Shown here: positions 29,317 through 41,600 of the stretch, in pieces
Numbering within the stretch: position 1 is the stretch's first letter
Layout of the letters: the number at the start of each line of letters is the position of its first letter
Source: Octopus vulgaris
Taxonomy: Eukaryota
Direction: 5' to 3'
NCBI GenBank assembly: GCA_951406725.2
Contig: OX597842.1
Location: 3,038,001-3,102,000 of the forward strand
Length of the DNA stretch: 64,000 nucleotides
The notes under the pieces: model-generated
Database searches by the model: none
Seen by the model: the letters and a program-made list of their open reading frames with translations, nothing else
What the model was told of the DNA's origin: nothing
Position numbers and translations under genes: made by a program

Positions 29317-29365
<49 letters not shown>

Positions 29366-30407
29366 CATGCATTCATAAACACACAGAAATACACATATAT
29401 TGACGTAAAAATGCACACGCACACTTACAAATATATATTCACGAACGATATAAACAGGGATATACATTGAAAGAAATACACATACACACTCACAGAAGAA
29501 GTACACACATACATACACACACACACACATACACACACATACACACACACATACACACACACATACACACACACACACACACACACAAATACACACACAT
29601 GATCATATAGATTTGAAATTCTAAATTTTTTTGGTACCAAAGGTATCCCTAATAGTTTGTAGCGCAGATACGAAACCGAACCGCTAGGGTGTCTGTCACA
29701 CATCACGATCAAGCCACAGTAGTTTCACATGCTTGGTTTATTCACCAACCAATAAGTGCCAATAGATAACGTGATTCAATCTCCTAGAATTTTGTTGTGC
29801 CTTCTAGAAAAGCAGTTTTAACGGTAATTTCAGAATGGTGAGGTAGTCGTGCGTTGTCTCTATTCTCACCACATCCAGCTGATTAAAGGAAATGGCTGCT
29901 AGTAGACAGGAATTTTCGCTTCAACAAATATAGCACAATTATTTTGCAGCTGTGATGGATCAGCCATAGATTGGTATATCAGTAAGCGTGTTGTTGAACT
30001 CCAAGGACTATATCTCTCTTCTCTTTCAGTATGCAATTATTTCTGTAAGTATTTGTAAAAGACTAAATCAGTTAAACCTCCGTCTGCAATCATAAAATCT
30101 ACTGTTAATTATTCGCGGGTGTTGTCGGTTATTTTTTCAAGCGACCCGTGGAACACATTTTTATTCACCAACTCAATCAATCGCCCCCACAGACCAGACA
30201 ACAACAACAACAACGCTACAAATCACAAGTTCCAATGTAGGACCAAGAACATAAAACTATGGAGTAGAATATAAACCGACATTAACACCGTTTCGAAAAT
30301 AAATATGGCTTCACCGACCAGCCTTGATGTTTTTACGTATATGCAACAACCATTTCCTTGTTGATTGCATAGTGAACCTCGTCTGAGAGAAATATAGTTA
30401 CGGTGTG

Positions 30408-30442
<35 letters not shown>

Positions 30443-31210
30443 CGTACGTACACACATCCTCATATATAGATTCGTGTATATACGGATGTATATCAGGATG
30501 TGTGTATGTATACATATAAAATTAATTATGCCATATTTATATAAATATATATATTATTTATTTACTAATGCACATTCATTAAAAGATAATTATATACATT
30601 ATAAACAAAAATATGTGTATATGTGTATGTATACACATACAGAAGATATATGTATATGTTTCACGTGATCGACCAAATTAAAGGATGTTGTTATACATCG
30701 GTGGTCATAACGTTTTAGCTTTCGAATGATTCCTCCTCGCGGGCCAGTGTTCCCCTTGATTGGAAAGATGGTCCATCGTAGGGACGTCCATTTACAGCTG
30801 AGTGGACTGGAGCAACGTGAAATGAAGTGTTTTGCTAGAGGTCACAAAGCGTTGTTCGGTCCAAAAACCGATCCCATGATCTAGCATTTGAAAACACATC
30901 ACACTAACCACTAGGCCACGCGCCTCTACACAAACACACACATGTACAATAAAACCTTCATAAACCCTTATATAAGTATATCCCTTATCAGAATTAGAAT
31001 CCGCATGATGAGCAGTTATGCGATATTAATTCATTGTCCCCGTAAGCAGCGGTTCGGCAAAAGAGACCGAAAAAACAGGTACTAGGCTTCAAAAATAAGC
31101 CCTAAAGGTCGACTTGCTCGACTAAAATCCCTTCAATGTGGTGCCTTAGCATAGCCGCAGTCAAATGAGTGAAATAGATAAAAGATAAACGAGATTAGAT
31201 AGATAGATAG

Positions 31211-31330
<120 letters not shown>

Positions 31331-31540
31331 GGATATTTACAATTGAAAAATAGGATAAAATCTTTATAAGAATTTATCATGTAGTTAGTGTGAAAAACCT
31401 CATAAGGGAAAAATTTATTAATTAAATACCGATCGATGCGGTTGGCCGTAACATGGAACATATCTCAGAGCCACCACGGTATCCTTCCGGATAATAAACC
31501 CTCCAGACTTACAATATATATATATATATATATATATATA

Positions 31541-31940
31541 GGCGCAGGAGTAGCTGTGTGGTAAGTAGCTTGTTTACCAACCACATGGTTCCGGGTTCAG
31601 TCCCAGTGCGTGGCACCTTGGGCAAGTGTCTTCTACTATAGCCTCGGGCCAACCAAAGCCTTGTGAGTGGATTTGGTAGACCGAAACTGAAAGAAGCCCG
31701 TCGTATATATGTATATATATATATATATATGCGTGTGTGTGTTTGTGTGTCTGTGTTTGTCCTTCTAGCATTGCTTGACAACCGATGCTGGTATGTTTAT
31801 GTCCTCCTTACTTAGCGGTTCAGCAAAAGAGTTCGATAGAATAAGTACTGGGCTTACAAAAGAATAAGTACCGGGGTCGAGTTGCTCGATTAAAGGCAGT
31901 GCTCCAGCATGGCCGCAGTCAATTGACTGAAAGAAATAAA
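31541..31940 (+). mobile_element. SINE family A, full length
   Basis: Close match to 3585-3999; preceded by (TA)n. Confidence 0.92.
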
Positions 31941-32261
31941 AAAAAAAGAAAAAAAGAATATATATATATACATATATATAATATGAAACAAAAGCTTGAA
32001 CAAGTAGTCGCAAGGTAGCAAACAATTTAATTTATAACATACCTCATTCGAGATTGTTTCTTTTTGTTTCTTGCTCTCCACCCCGCCATCTTTTCTCTGT
32101 TTTCGTTTTTCTACTGAAGAACTCTAGTGTCTTAAATATCAAGGACCCTTTCCCTTTCTTTTCAGGCTTTCTTTTCAGGCTTACTTATAACACCTATGTG
32201 AAAACTAGTGTTTTTCTTGTTTTTCCCCATTCATTATATGTGTGTGCATATATATATATAC

Positions 32262-32350
<89 letters not shown>

Positions 32351-32363
32351 CACACACACGCAC

Positions 32364-32429
<66 letters not shown>

Positions 32430-32524
32430 AAGTATTATTATTGTCATAAATAATATTAATAAGGCAATAATAAGGTGGTGGCTAGCAAGTTCACGCCATT
32501 ACAGTCAGAATATAAGGTAAATTT

Positions 32525-32630
32525 AGATTCAGTAGAGTATATAATATCGCTTGCTAAAATCAGAGTTTCTGGTGGTTTTGGAGCCTTGGCTCTGATTTTA
32601 GCAAGTGATATTCTATACCCTACTGAATCT
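32525..32630. repeat. Short inverted repeat (about 41-bp arms)
   Basis: agattcagtagagtatataatatcgcttgctaaaatcagag pairs with ctctgattttagcaagtgatattctataccctactgaatct. Confidence 0.75.
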
Positions 32631-32683
32631 CTCTCTCTGTCTCTCTCTCTCTCTGTCTCTCTCTCTCTCTGTCTCTCTCTCTC

Positions 32684-32726
<43 letters not shown>

Positions 32727-33133
32727 AAAGTAAAGAATGAAAAAACTACAGAAGGCTTAAATGTTAAAAAATATATATATTTGCGTCAATATGTCTGAAG
32801 AATATTAGAAAATTAAAAAAAATTTTTTTCTCTTATAATGACATAATTTAAAAGAAAGACCGGTTTCGCGTGTAGCTTTTCAAATTTCTTGTGACGTTAT
32901 GTTTATGTTGAATAGAGTTATCGTTATGTTTAAGTTCAGGAGAGTTCTAAATAAGGGAAGGTAGTGAGTGATTTCTTCCGGTGTAAGGGAGATAATCACT
33001 TAAAAAATGTTTCCTTTCCCTTGGTGTGAATTTCTCTGTATCAGTATGTTCGGATGGTTGAGTCTGGGCTTGTACTTTTCAATGAAGAATGTTTCCTTGT
33101 TTAGTCTAATTTGCAAGAAGGATATGCACAATA

Positions 33134-33958
33134 GTGTCAGAACAAAATACCAGGAACTTTAGACTGCAAGAACTCAAAAACACCCTAATTGACAGACATT
33201 ACCCAGCTCAACTCATAGAGGATGGGATCAGACGTGCAACAGAAATCAACATAGAAACTTTAAGAAAAGTTCAACACAACAACACACCTTCCCCGAAAAT
33301 ACTACTTTACATATCTACATACAACCCCAGAAACAAAGAAGCCTTCACCATCATCACCCAGAATTTACCAATACTTCATAAAGACCCCAAATTAAAGGAA
33401 ATTCTAAACATACACCAAATCATTAAAAGCTACAAACAGCCTAAATCACTTAAAAAGATTCTCACAAAGGCAAAATTGTCTTCTGAAATTACGGATGCAA
33501 AAGTAAAAAAATGTGGTAGATCGAACTGTGCAACATGTCCTAACCTGCTAGAAGGATCAGAATTCCTCTTTAAAGAGGGACAGAAATTCAAGATCAAATC
33601 TAACTTTACTTGTGCCTCTGAAAACATAATTTATGTCATAAAATGCTCGGGCTGCCACCAAGACTACGTGGGTTCCACGGGACTATCACTCAGACGTAGA
33701 TGCACACTGCATCGACAACAGATTGCATTCCCAGAATATAGAATGATACCTTTTAGTGAGCACATTGAGAAATGCGCAAAGCAACTACTACCACAATTTT
33801 TAATCTTTCCATTGTACCAATGTGCTTTCGGATCATCAACACAAATTAGACTAAACAAGGAAACATTCTTCATTGAAAAGTACAAGCCCAGACTCAACCA
33901 TCCGAACATACTGATACAGAGAAATTCACACCAAGGGAAAGGAAAAAATTTTAAGTGA
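33134..33958 (+). CDS. PLE polyprotein C-terminus: RT thumb, Zn-finger linker and GIY-YIG endonuclease (partial, 5'-truncated)
   Basis: LIDRHYP, STYNP, CGRSNCATC, FTCASENIIYVIKCSGCHQDYVG, R...H, RLNKETFFI..YKPRLN. Confidence 0.9.
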   Translation: MSEQNTRNFRLQELKNTLIDRHYPAQLIEDGIRRATEINIETLRKVQHNNTPSPKILLYISTYNPRNKEAFTIITQNLPILHKDPKLKEILNIHQIIKSYKQPKSLKKILTKAKLSSEITDAKVKKCGRSNCATCPNLLEGSEFLFKEGQKFKIKSNFTCASENIIYVIKCSGCHQDYVGSTGLSLRRRCTLHRQQIAFPEYRMIPFSEHIEKCAKQLLPQFLIFPLYQCAFGSSTQIRLNKETFFIEKYKPRLNHPNILIQRNSHQGKGKNFK

Positions 33959-34063
33959 TTATCTCCCTTACACCGGAAGAAATCACTCACTACCTTCCCT
34001 TATTTAGAACTCTCCTGAACTTAAACATAACGATAACTCTATTCAACATAAACATAACGTCAC

Positions 34064-34102
34064 AAGAAATTTGAAAAGCTACACGCGAAACCGGTCTTTC
34101 TT
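34064..34102 (+). ncRNA. Minimal hammerhead-like motif with U3-A8 core in the pLTR (mirror copy 32852-32890, minus)
   Basis: AAGAAA-U-UUGAAAA-GC UACAC GC-GAAA-CCGG-UC-UUUCUU. Confidence 0.65.
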
Positions 34103-34272
34103 TTAAATTATGTCATTATAAGAGAAAAAAATTTTTTTTTAAATTTTCTAATATTCTTCAGACATATTGACGCAAATATATGTTTTTTAACATTTAAGCC
34201 TTCTGTAGTTTTTTCACTCTTTACTTTTTTCTATATATTCACCCACGTGCTTTCTCAAACCAACTTTCTTAT

Positions 34273-34337
<65 letters not shown>

Positions 34338-35329
34338 TATAACCAGCCGAAGCAGCAAAGATAATCTTGAACTCGACTGACGAATGAAAACTCCGGATGA
34401 CCCGTCCTTGTTTTATCCTTATCCCTTTTTGTATCATCTAACTATCTGGATGTCATGTTGTCGTCTGTTACGTTCTTGTCCCATTTTTTGGAGAGAGAGA
34501 GAGAGAGATGAGAGAGAGAACAGTTATAAGAAATATCAGATCATCCATCTAGTTACTAATTGTTAATTGCTATGGAATTATTTTATTAAATAACCTCTTC
34601 GCTAATACAGTCTAGTTTTGAATAATTATATTGACAAAGTAAATTACTTTCCATCTGCCCACGTTTTGATACAAAACACTTGGTGATAAAGATCAATTTG
34701 TTCCTCTCAGGAGGCTCAAATGTTAGTGTTAAAGGACTCCAAATATTGCAGATAGTGAAGCTATAGTAAGCCGGAATTAAAACACATGCAGACTGAAGAG
34801 AAAGTGATACATGGGTGACATTTTAGAAGTGAAAATGAAGATGAAGGAAAAAACAGGAAGAATAGACGTAAGCAAAGCAAGGTAAAGGACGAATACTTAA
34901 GTTTTTCGTCCTTTACCTTGCATGAGTCAATATATGTGCGAATAGTTTTGTGTGTTTAATCATGTCGAAGTGTCAAGAATAGGATGTAGGGTTTTGAACC
35001 TTAGTTTTTAGTCACGACTGCGAAACGTTTATATCTACGCATCGATCATATTCTCATAACGATGCTACACAATATTATACATTGTGCTGAGGAATGAAGG
35101 CCCTAGCTTAGTGGTTAGGGCATTTGGTTCACGCTCGTAAGGTCGTGAGTTCGATTCTTGGCGGCACGTCGTGCCCTTGAGCTAGACACTTTTTTCCATG
35201 TTGTCCCCGTTCACTCAGATGGCCAAAATGAGTGGCACTTGAAATTCAAAGGGTCAGTCTTGTCACATTTTGAATCACACTGAATCTCCCCCTGAGAACT
35301 ACGTTAAGGGTATGCGTGTCTATGCGATC

Positions 35330-35860
35330 AGGTTTCGTTTTCTGGAAGTGAAAGACGGAAGAATAGCAATAAGAAGATAAATTAAAGAAAAAAGAAACTG
35401 TATTCCGAGCAGCAAAGAGTGGATGCTGGTCATTGTGCAACAAGAATACCTGGCATTGGTTAATAGAAAGCGAGATCTTCTGCAACAAGACAACGCAAGA
35501 CTTCATACTGCTCGAACGACCCAGAATAAAATCGAGGAACTTGAGGAAATCGAACTGATATCCCACCCAATAGATAGCCTGGACCTAGCTCCTTCAGGTT
35601 ATTGTTTGTTCTGACCCCTAGCTCACTTCTCCCACTCACGGTGCTTCATGGACCAACAGGAGGCGGAAGCTTCAGTGAAGGAGGTTTTCGCCTCGAAGGA
35701 CAAGAACTGGATTCCGCGTGAGACCCAAGATCTGACCGAAAGGTGGCTTCAGACGGTGCAACACGATGGCCTCTGCTTTGAAATTCTGGACTGCTTTTCT
35801 GGCAACTTGACAAATAAAGTAAATAAATTACCAAAATATTGCAAAACTTTTGACCCAATA
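35330..35860 (+). mobile_element. Decayed mariner transposase 3' fragment with right end
   Basis: LVNRKRDLLQQDNARLHTAR..HPIDSLDLAPSGYCLF (HDNARPH and HPPYSPDLAPSDY equivalents), ERWLQTVQHDG; ends caaaacttttgacccaata. Confidence 0.88.
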
Positions 35861-35865
35861 CAACT

Positions 35866-36527
35866 GGCTTTCCATCGGTTACGACGACGAGTGTTCCAGT
35901 CGATCCAATCAACGGAACAGCCAGGTTATAAGATTAATGTGCAAGTGGCTGAGCACTCCACAGATACATGTACCCTTAACGTAGTTCTCAAGTAAATTTA
36001 ACAAGACACAGAATGTGACAAGGCTGGCCCGTTTGAATTACAGGTACAATTTGTTTTTGCCAGGTAAGTGGACTGGAGCAATGTGAAACAAAGTGTCTTG
36101 CTCAAGAACACGACATACCGGCAGAAATCGAAGCTATGATGTTATCATCGTGAGCCGAATACCTTGGCCACTAAGCCACTGAGCCATGTACCTTCCCTAA
36201 AAACTGACACTCAGGCAATTACGACGACGAGGGTTCAAGTTGATCCAAGCCGGATCCAAGTTGAACAGCCGGATCGTGAAATTCTATGTGCCGGAGCATA
36301 GATGCGCTTACCCTTAACGTAGTCCTCAGGGGAAGATTCAGTGTGATTCAGAATGTGACAAAGGCTGGCCCTTTGAATTACAGGTGGCACTCATTTTGGC
36401 CGGCTGAGTGGACTGGGACAACATGGAATAAAGTGTCTTGCTCAAGGGCACGACGTGCCGCCAAGAATCGAACTCACGACCTTACGATCGGGAACCAAAT
36501 ACCCTAACCACTAAGCTAGCGCCTTCA
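35866..36527 (-). mobile_element. Two SINE C copies
   Basis: Reverse complements of the 26193-26515 type. Confidence 0.85.
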
Positions 36528-36937
36528 TTCCTCAACACAATGTATAATATTGTGTAGCATTATTATGAGAATGTGATCGATGCATCGATAAGATTGGCGC
36601 AGTTTATCTATTTACGTCAACTTAATATGTACGAATGTCTATAGATTGATATCTGTAAAATAAATAGAATTATTAGACTAGAAGTTAATTAAGAGATATA
36701 TGGCTAATTAGTATATAGATAAATTATATTGAGGATAAATGCGTAGACGTTTAAGAGTCTCAAAAAAAAAGGGGGGAAAAATAGCGAAGAGGGAGGTTGA
36801 AAACAATTAAATAAAATAACGAATTAAACCGTTGAGAAGATATAATTATAAAGACAATTATATTGACTGAAAAAAAAAGACGATAAATTAATAGATCTTT
36901 AAATCTCTTCAATTTCTCTGTCTGTCTCTCTCTCTCT

Positions 36938-37010
<73 letters not shown>

Positions 37011-37254
37011 GTGTGTGCGTGTGCTTGTGTGGTAAGAAGTTTACATCCCAGGCATATAGTTCCGAGAACAGTCCCGCTGCGTGGCACCATGGGCAAGTGT
37101 TTTCTTCTAGAGCCTCGGGACTTGTGAATGGATTTGGTGAAACAGAAACTGAAAGAAGCCCTTCGTATATACATACATACATGTGTGTATGAGTTTCTGT
37201 GTGAGTGTGTGACGGTATTCTACAACTCCCCCATCTCCTCTGTTACTTAGTTTT

Positions 37255-37890
37255 ATGGTTGCTCCCTTGTCCCTTAATGTTAGGACAAACGTAGGTAGAA
37301 AAGCCTTGCATTTAGTCGATACCCACTTCCTTAGGACCCGTAGATACTCAAAAATCTTTTGACAACAAACGATTAAAATTACTTTCTCTCGTTCCTAATG
37401 TTCAGTCGTATATCAATAAACAACAGACGACTGAAACCTGCACTGAATGCACATGTAGAGGTAGATCTAATTGTCCTCAAGGACAGTAGTGCGATATATA
37501 TTCTGTTGTTTATGAGACACGGCATTCAGCAAAAACAAGGATGGTCGTACAAATATCAAACGTTATAGTGGAGCCGTGGAAGGGAATTTTAAATCTGGAT
37601 ATAGCAACCATCTTTCAAACTTTAGGTACCGTGATAAGGGACATTCAACAACCCTTTCGGCTTTAATCTGGAAACTTAAAAGACGAAGGGACCAATTTCG
37701 ATACCAAATGGAAACTCCCATCCAAATCCTGCTTCTATATCAACGGGTCTAATAAATGTTCAGTGTGTTCTCTTGAAAAACTACATCCCTTAAAGAACTT
37801 GAGAGTCTCCAACGATTACGTAAATTCCAGGAACGAATTTTTTCTTATGCCCGTATTTCAAGAAATACATCTTGTCAGAATTTAACAGTA
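37255..37890 (+). mobile_element. Decayed Penelope-like element (GIY-YIG region), different family from 33134
   Basis: With stops and frameshifts: LSLNVRTNVGRK..THF..KIF..TIKITFS, CTCRGRSNCP, RYSGAVEGNFKSGYSNHLSNFR..STTLSALIWKLK, NGSNKCSVCSLEK, NSRNE. Confidence 0.8.
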
Positions 37891-38138
37891 GGCCACCGGA
37901 CACTTCGTAAAAACCATTGTCTGCTTGACATCAAATTAGTGTAACGATGCTTATCTCCTTTGTGTTTTCTTCTTGTCTTCTTTGCTAGCGTCTCTTGTTT
38001 AAACGATATCGGCTCTAAAAACAACTGACAAATAGTCTTCTTAGCTTGATAAATGGCGGAATAAGTGATTGTTTCAACCAGGAAACACGAGGTAACTTTT
38101 TAAACAAGATTTGTGCTCTCTATATATTATAACATTAT

Positions 38139-38175
<37 letters not shown>

Positions 38176-38177
38176 CG

Positions 38178-38212
<35 letters not shown>

Positions 38213-38523
38213 GCGTGGTAGTTGTAAACGAAGGTTAGCATCATGCAAGCGGTGTTTTTCGTTTCCAATATTCTGTGAAAATACATCTGAAGACAGGTGA
38301 GGGTCAGCGACAGGAAGGACATCCGCCCGCACAAAATTTCCTTCCACGAATTCCTCTTCGTTCATGCGACTATGGGAAAACGGACGTTAAAAATGATAAA
38401 AGAACGATATGTGTGAATGTATACATATACATATTTTTTAACATGTGGAACCATTAATCCCAACACATTTCCTTTTTCCCCCTCTCTCTCCCTCCCTCTC
38501 TTCACATTTTCCCCTCTCATCCC

Positions 38524-38557
38524 TTTCTGTTGACGAGCGTTGGCTCGAAACGTCAAA
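38524..38557 (+). ncRNA. Minimal hammerhead-like motif, CUGUNGA family
   Basis: UUU-CUGUUGA-C-GAGC GUUG GCUC-GAAA-CG-UC-AAA. Confidence 0.55.
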
Positions 38558-39097
38558 CACTTTCCCATTTTTCCTGAGCGTCAAACTAATATATTTGCTT
38601 GTTGTCCCCTCACCTGTCTCTATGTTTTCTTTTATACATTTGAACCATACAGAGAGCGAGAGAAGGGGAGCGAAACCAAGAAAGCAAAACAAAAAAGGAA
38701 AGTATTTTTCATAAAATATCTAATGAATAAATATTTTATGAAGAAACACAATGCTCAAGAGGAGCGGATGATCCTGAAAGCCTGAAGAGTTTCGAGAAGA
38801 AACCACGGCTGAACTTCCCACCAGCGACAGATCTGAGATGGACTCAGTTGGACGGAGACTTTAACATCATCCTGGCTAACATTCTGAAGGATGATAAGAA
38901 CGATGAGGCAAGTGCTATGCCAGGTGTGCCAAGATATATTTGTTGTGTAAGAAAGCAAAAGCAACAAGCAAGAAGCTAAATTGAATGTAGGTGAGGGTCG
39001 GCGACAGGAAGAACATTGTCCTCAACGAATTGCTCCTGATACATGTTAGTAAAGAAAAGCGGGCGTTAAAAATGAGAAGAAAAAAAACGATGTATGA

Positions 39098-39149
<52 letters not shown>

Positions 39150-39655
39150 TACATTTAAACACATGAGGAATCCACTCATGGGATTCAATACGCTAGAAAG
39201 AACAGCTAGGTTCTATAACCACAAAAGTTAGGGATAAATTTCAACAGGAACGAAATGAAAAAATAAAAACATTTTACCATCTAGTTTTCTGGACCAATTG
39301 GCTTCTGATTTTAGTTTAGCAAGTAAATGAATAACATATATAATCGCCAGGTGAAATCATCTTCAGCAGGAACACCTAGGGTTGAACGTATAAACATGAG
39401 GCAATCAAACTACCTACCTCTTGTTTATACATCCTAACTCTTTCAAAATCCACTGTGCAGCCGCAGCCCTTCGCCAGCAAAAAAAAAAAAAATGCCAACT
39501 TTTAAAAACCCCTTGTTGGGAAACGTTCTAGAAGGATCTAAATTGACCTTTCACGTGATGTATGGCGTCTGATTGGACAAGAACTCAGCTGCACACATGG
39601 CCAAGCTGTTATTATGTCGATCCTTGAAATCCGCAATATGGCAAACTGGAGTTCG

Positions 39656-40245
39656 AACGTTTTCTTGTAGAGAATACGCTCATCTGTGTTGTTTATGAGG
39701 ATCAAGAATCTTTGTAATTTAGCGAATATTAGATTAATTAACACTAAATTCATGGCCCACGAAAATGAAGCTTCTAGCGTCACATATTTTCGTGGTTACC
39801 TTTGCTTTTTCTATGCAGAATACACTCGTATGCATTGTTTTGCACCTTCATATTGGAAGGAATGGTAGCTTGATTGACACCAAACACGTGGCCCACAACA
39901 GTGGGGCTTCATATGTTTTCTTAATCGTCTCAACAACTTCCTGTAGAGAACATACACATCTGCTTCGCTTGAGAGGATCAGGTGTCTTGATATTGCAACG
40001 AAGGCTAAATTCATCGACATCAAACTCGTGACCCACAGCAATGAAGCTTCTCCTGTTACATATTTCCTTGAAAAACCCTGCCCTTTTCTTTAGAAAACAC
40101 ACCCAACTGTGTCGTTTGTTGCCATCAAGCATCTTCGTATAAGAATCAATAATATAGTTATTGATATCGAGTACGGAGCCCACAGCAAGGAAGCTTTCAC
40201 CGTCACGTATTTTCTTTGTTGGGATCAGGCGTCTGCGTAGTTTCC
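39656..40245 (-). pseudogene. Decayed tandem array of 4-5 CENP-B N-terminal/psq-type HTH repeats
   Basis: DNA repeat with cccac anchors near 39756, 39892, 40032 and 40179. Units read like KRSRCVCSLQEVVETIKK / KKIRDGESFLAVG / AVGHEFDVDEFSLRCNIK / VVGHVFGVNQATI, with stops and frameshifts. Confidence 0.65.
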
Positions 40246-40474
40246 CTGTTCACCGTTCGAGTTTTGATGTGTGCAAGTACGCAGGGCCGTTTTAAGGCAC
40301 GGGAATACTGGAAAATTGCCCAGGTACCTCACGGGCACTAGGGACCCGATTCTGATCTCTTTCTATTGTGATGTGCTGTCAATAAATAACTACTATAGTA
40401 GTGCATTGATTTTCCCGGGAGACTGTAGAGTTGCCAGAACCAGCCTACGAGTACATAACCTATATCCTTTTCTT

Positions 40475-40686
40475 CCTTTTTATTTGTTTCACTCATTGGA
40501 CTGCGGCCATGCTGGAGCACAGCTTTGAAGGACTTTTGGCCAAATTTATCGACCCCAGGGCTTGAAGTTTATTAAGCTTGGTATTTATTGCATCGTTCTT
40601 TTGCCCAACCGCTAGATTACGGGGACGTAAACACATCAATACCGGTTGTGAAGCAATTGTGGGGGCCAAACACACACACACAAACG

Positions 40687-40727
<41 letters not shown>

Positions 40728-41056
40728 AGACATGGCTGTGCGGTAAGTAGCTTACTTACCAACAACATGGCTCCGGGTACAGTTCCACTGCCTGGCATCT
40801 ACTATAGCCTTGGGCTATAGACGGAAATTGAAAGAAACCCGTCGTATATGTGTGTGTAAGTTTTCCCTCCCACCATCGCTTGGCAACCGATGTTGGTGTG
40901 TTTACGTCCCCGTATTTAGCAGTTCGGCAATAGAGTCCGATAGAATAAGTACTAGGCTTACAAAGAATAAGTCCTGGAGTCGATTTGCTCGACTATATGC
41001 AGTGCTCCAGCATCGCCAAAGACAAAATGACTGAAACAAATGAAAGAATAAAAGAA
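40475..41056. mobile_element. SINE A 3' half (minus, 40475-40680) and internally deleted SINE A (plus, 40724-41056)
   Basis: Matches to family A. Confidence 0.85.
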
Positions 41057-41104
41057 TATATATATATACACACACACACACACATATATATATGTATATA
41101 TATA

Positions 41105-41600
41105 TCTCTTATTATAAAAGGCAGATTTTATCTGCCTCCCTTTGGGAGTTATACAAATCTACAATATAGGATTTCTTCAATTACAATTTACCTGGCATTT
41201 TTGAGAGTACAATGCATCGCGTCATGCCAGGTCCAGTTTTTAAAATTTAAACTCCAATTAAGCAAAATTTACAGAAAACTCACATTCTGGTGTGTGTGTC
41301 AAATGCTTTTCTTAGTCTGGTTTACACCACACGCAAACGCACACACACAGTGGGCAACGAATAAAATGAAACTAATTCACTTACTGTAGTGAGTGATTCT
41401 TTCACTCTGCCTCCCACTTCCTATTTTCACACATACACACGCAAATATATAAATAAAATTGTAAGCTAACGTGCGTGTGTGTGAGTGTGTGTGTGTGTGT
41501 GTGTGTGCGCGTGTGTGTGTGTGTGACGGTGCGTGTGTGTGTGTGTGTGTGCGTGTGCGTGAGTGTGTGACAGGAAAGTTTTTTTAGACGAATATAACAC
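41105..41600 (+). mobile_element. Probable non-autonomous Helitron-like fragment (5' part)
   Basis: Starts A|TCTCTTATTATAAAAG, similar to the 5' end at 42540; no 3' hairpin or CTAG found. Confidence 0.45.

Larger units (their letters stand above)
32716..34275 (+). mobile_element. 5'-truncated Penelope-like retroelement with inverted pseudo-LTRs, inserted in (TA)n
   Basis: Near-identical inverted arms about 32716-33113 and 33842-34238; unpaired tail of about 36 nt; (TA)n on both sides. Confidence 0.92.
35039..36583. repeat. Inverted duplication (35039-35325 and 36296-36583) of a SINE C plus its flank
   Basis: The inverted match extends about 55 bp beyond the SINE 5' end (gcatcgatcatattctcataa...). 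Confidence 0.85.

Noticed and set aside
38781-38812. CTGAAGA...GAAA motif
   Set aside because: No UH after the putative stem III and no convincing stem I.
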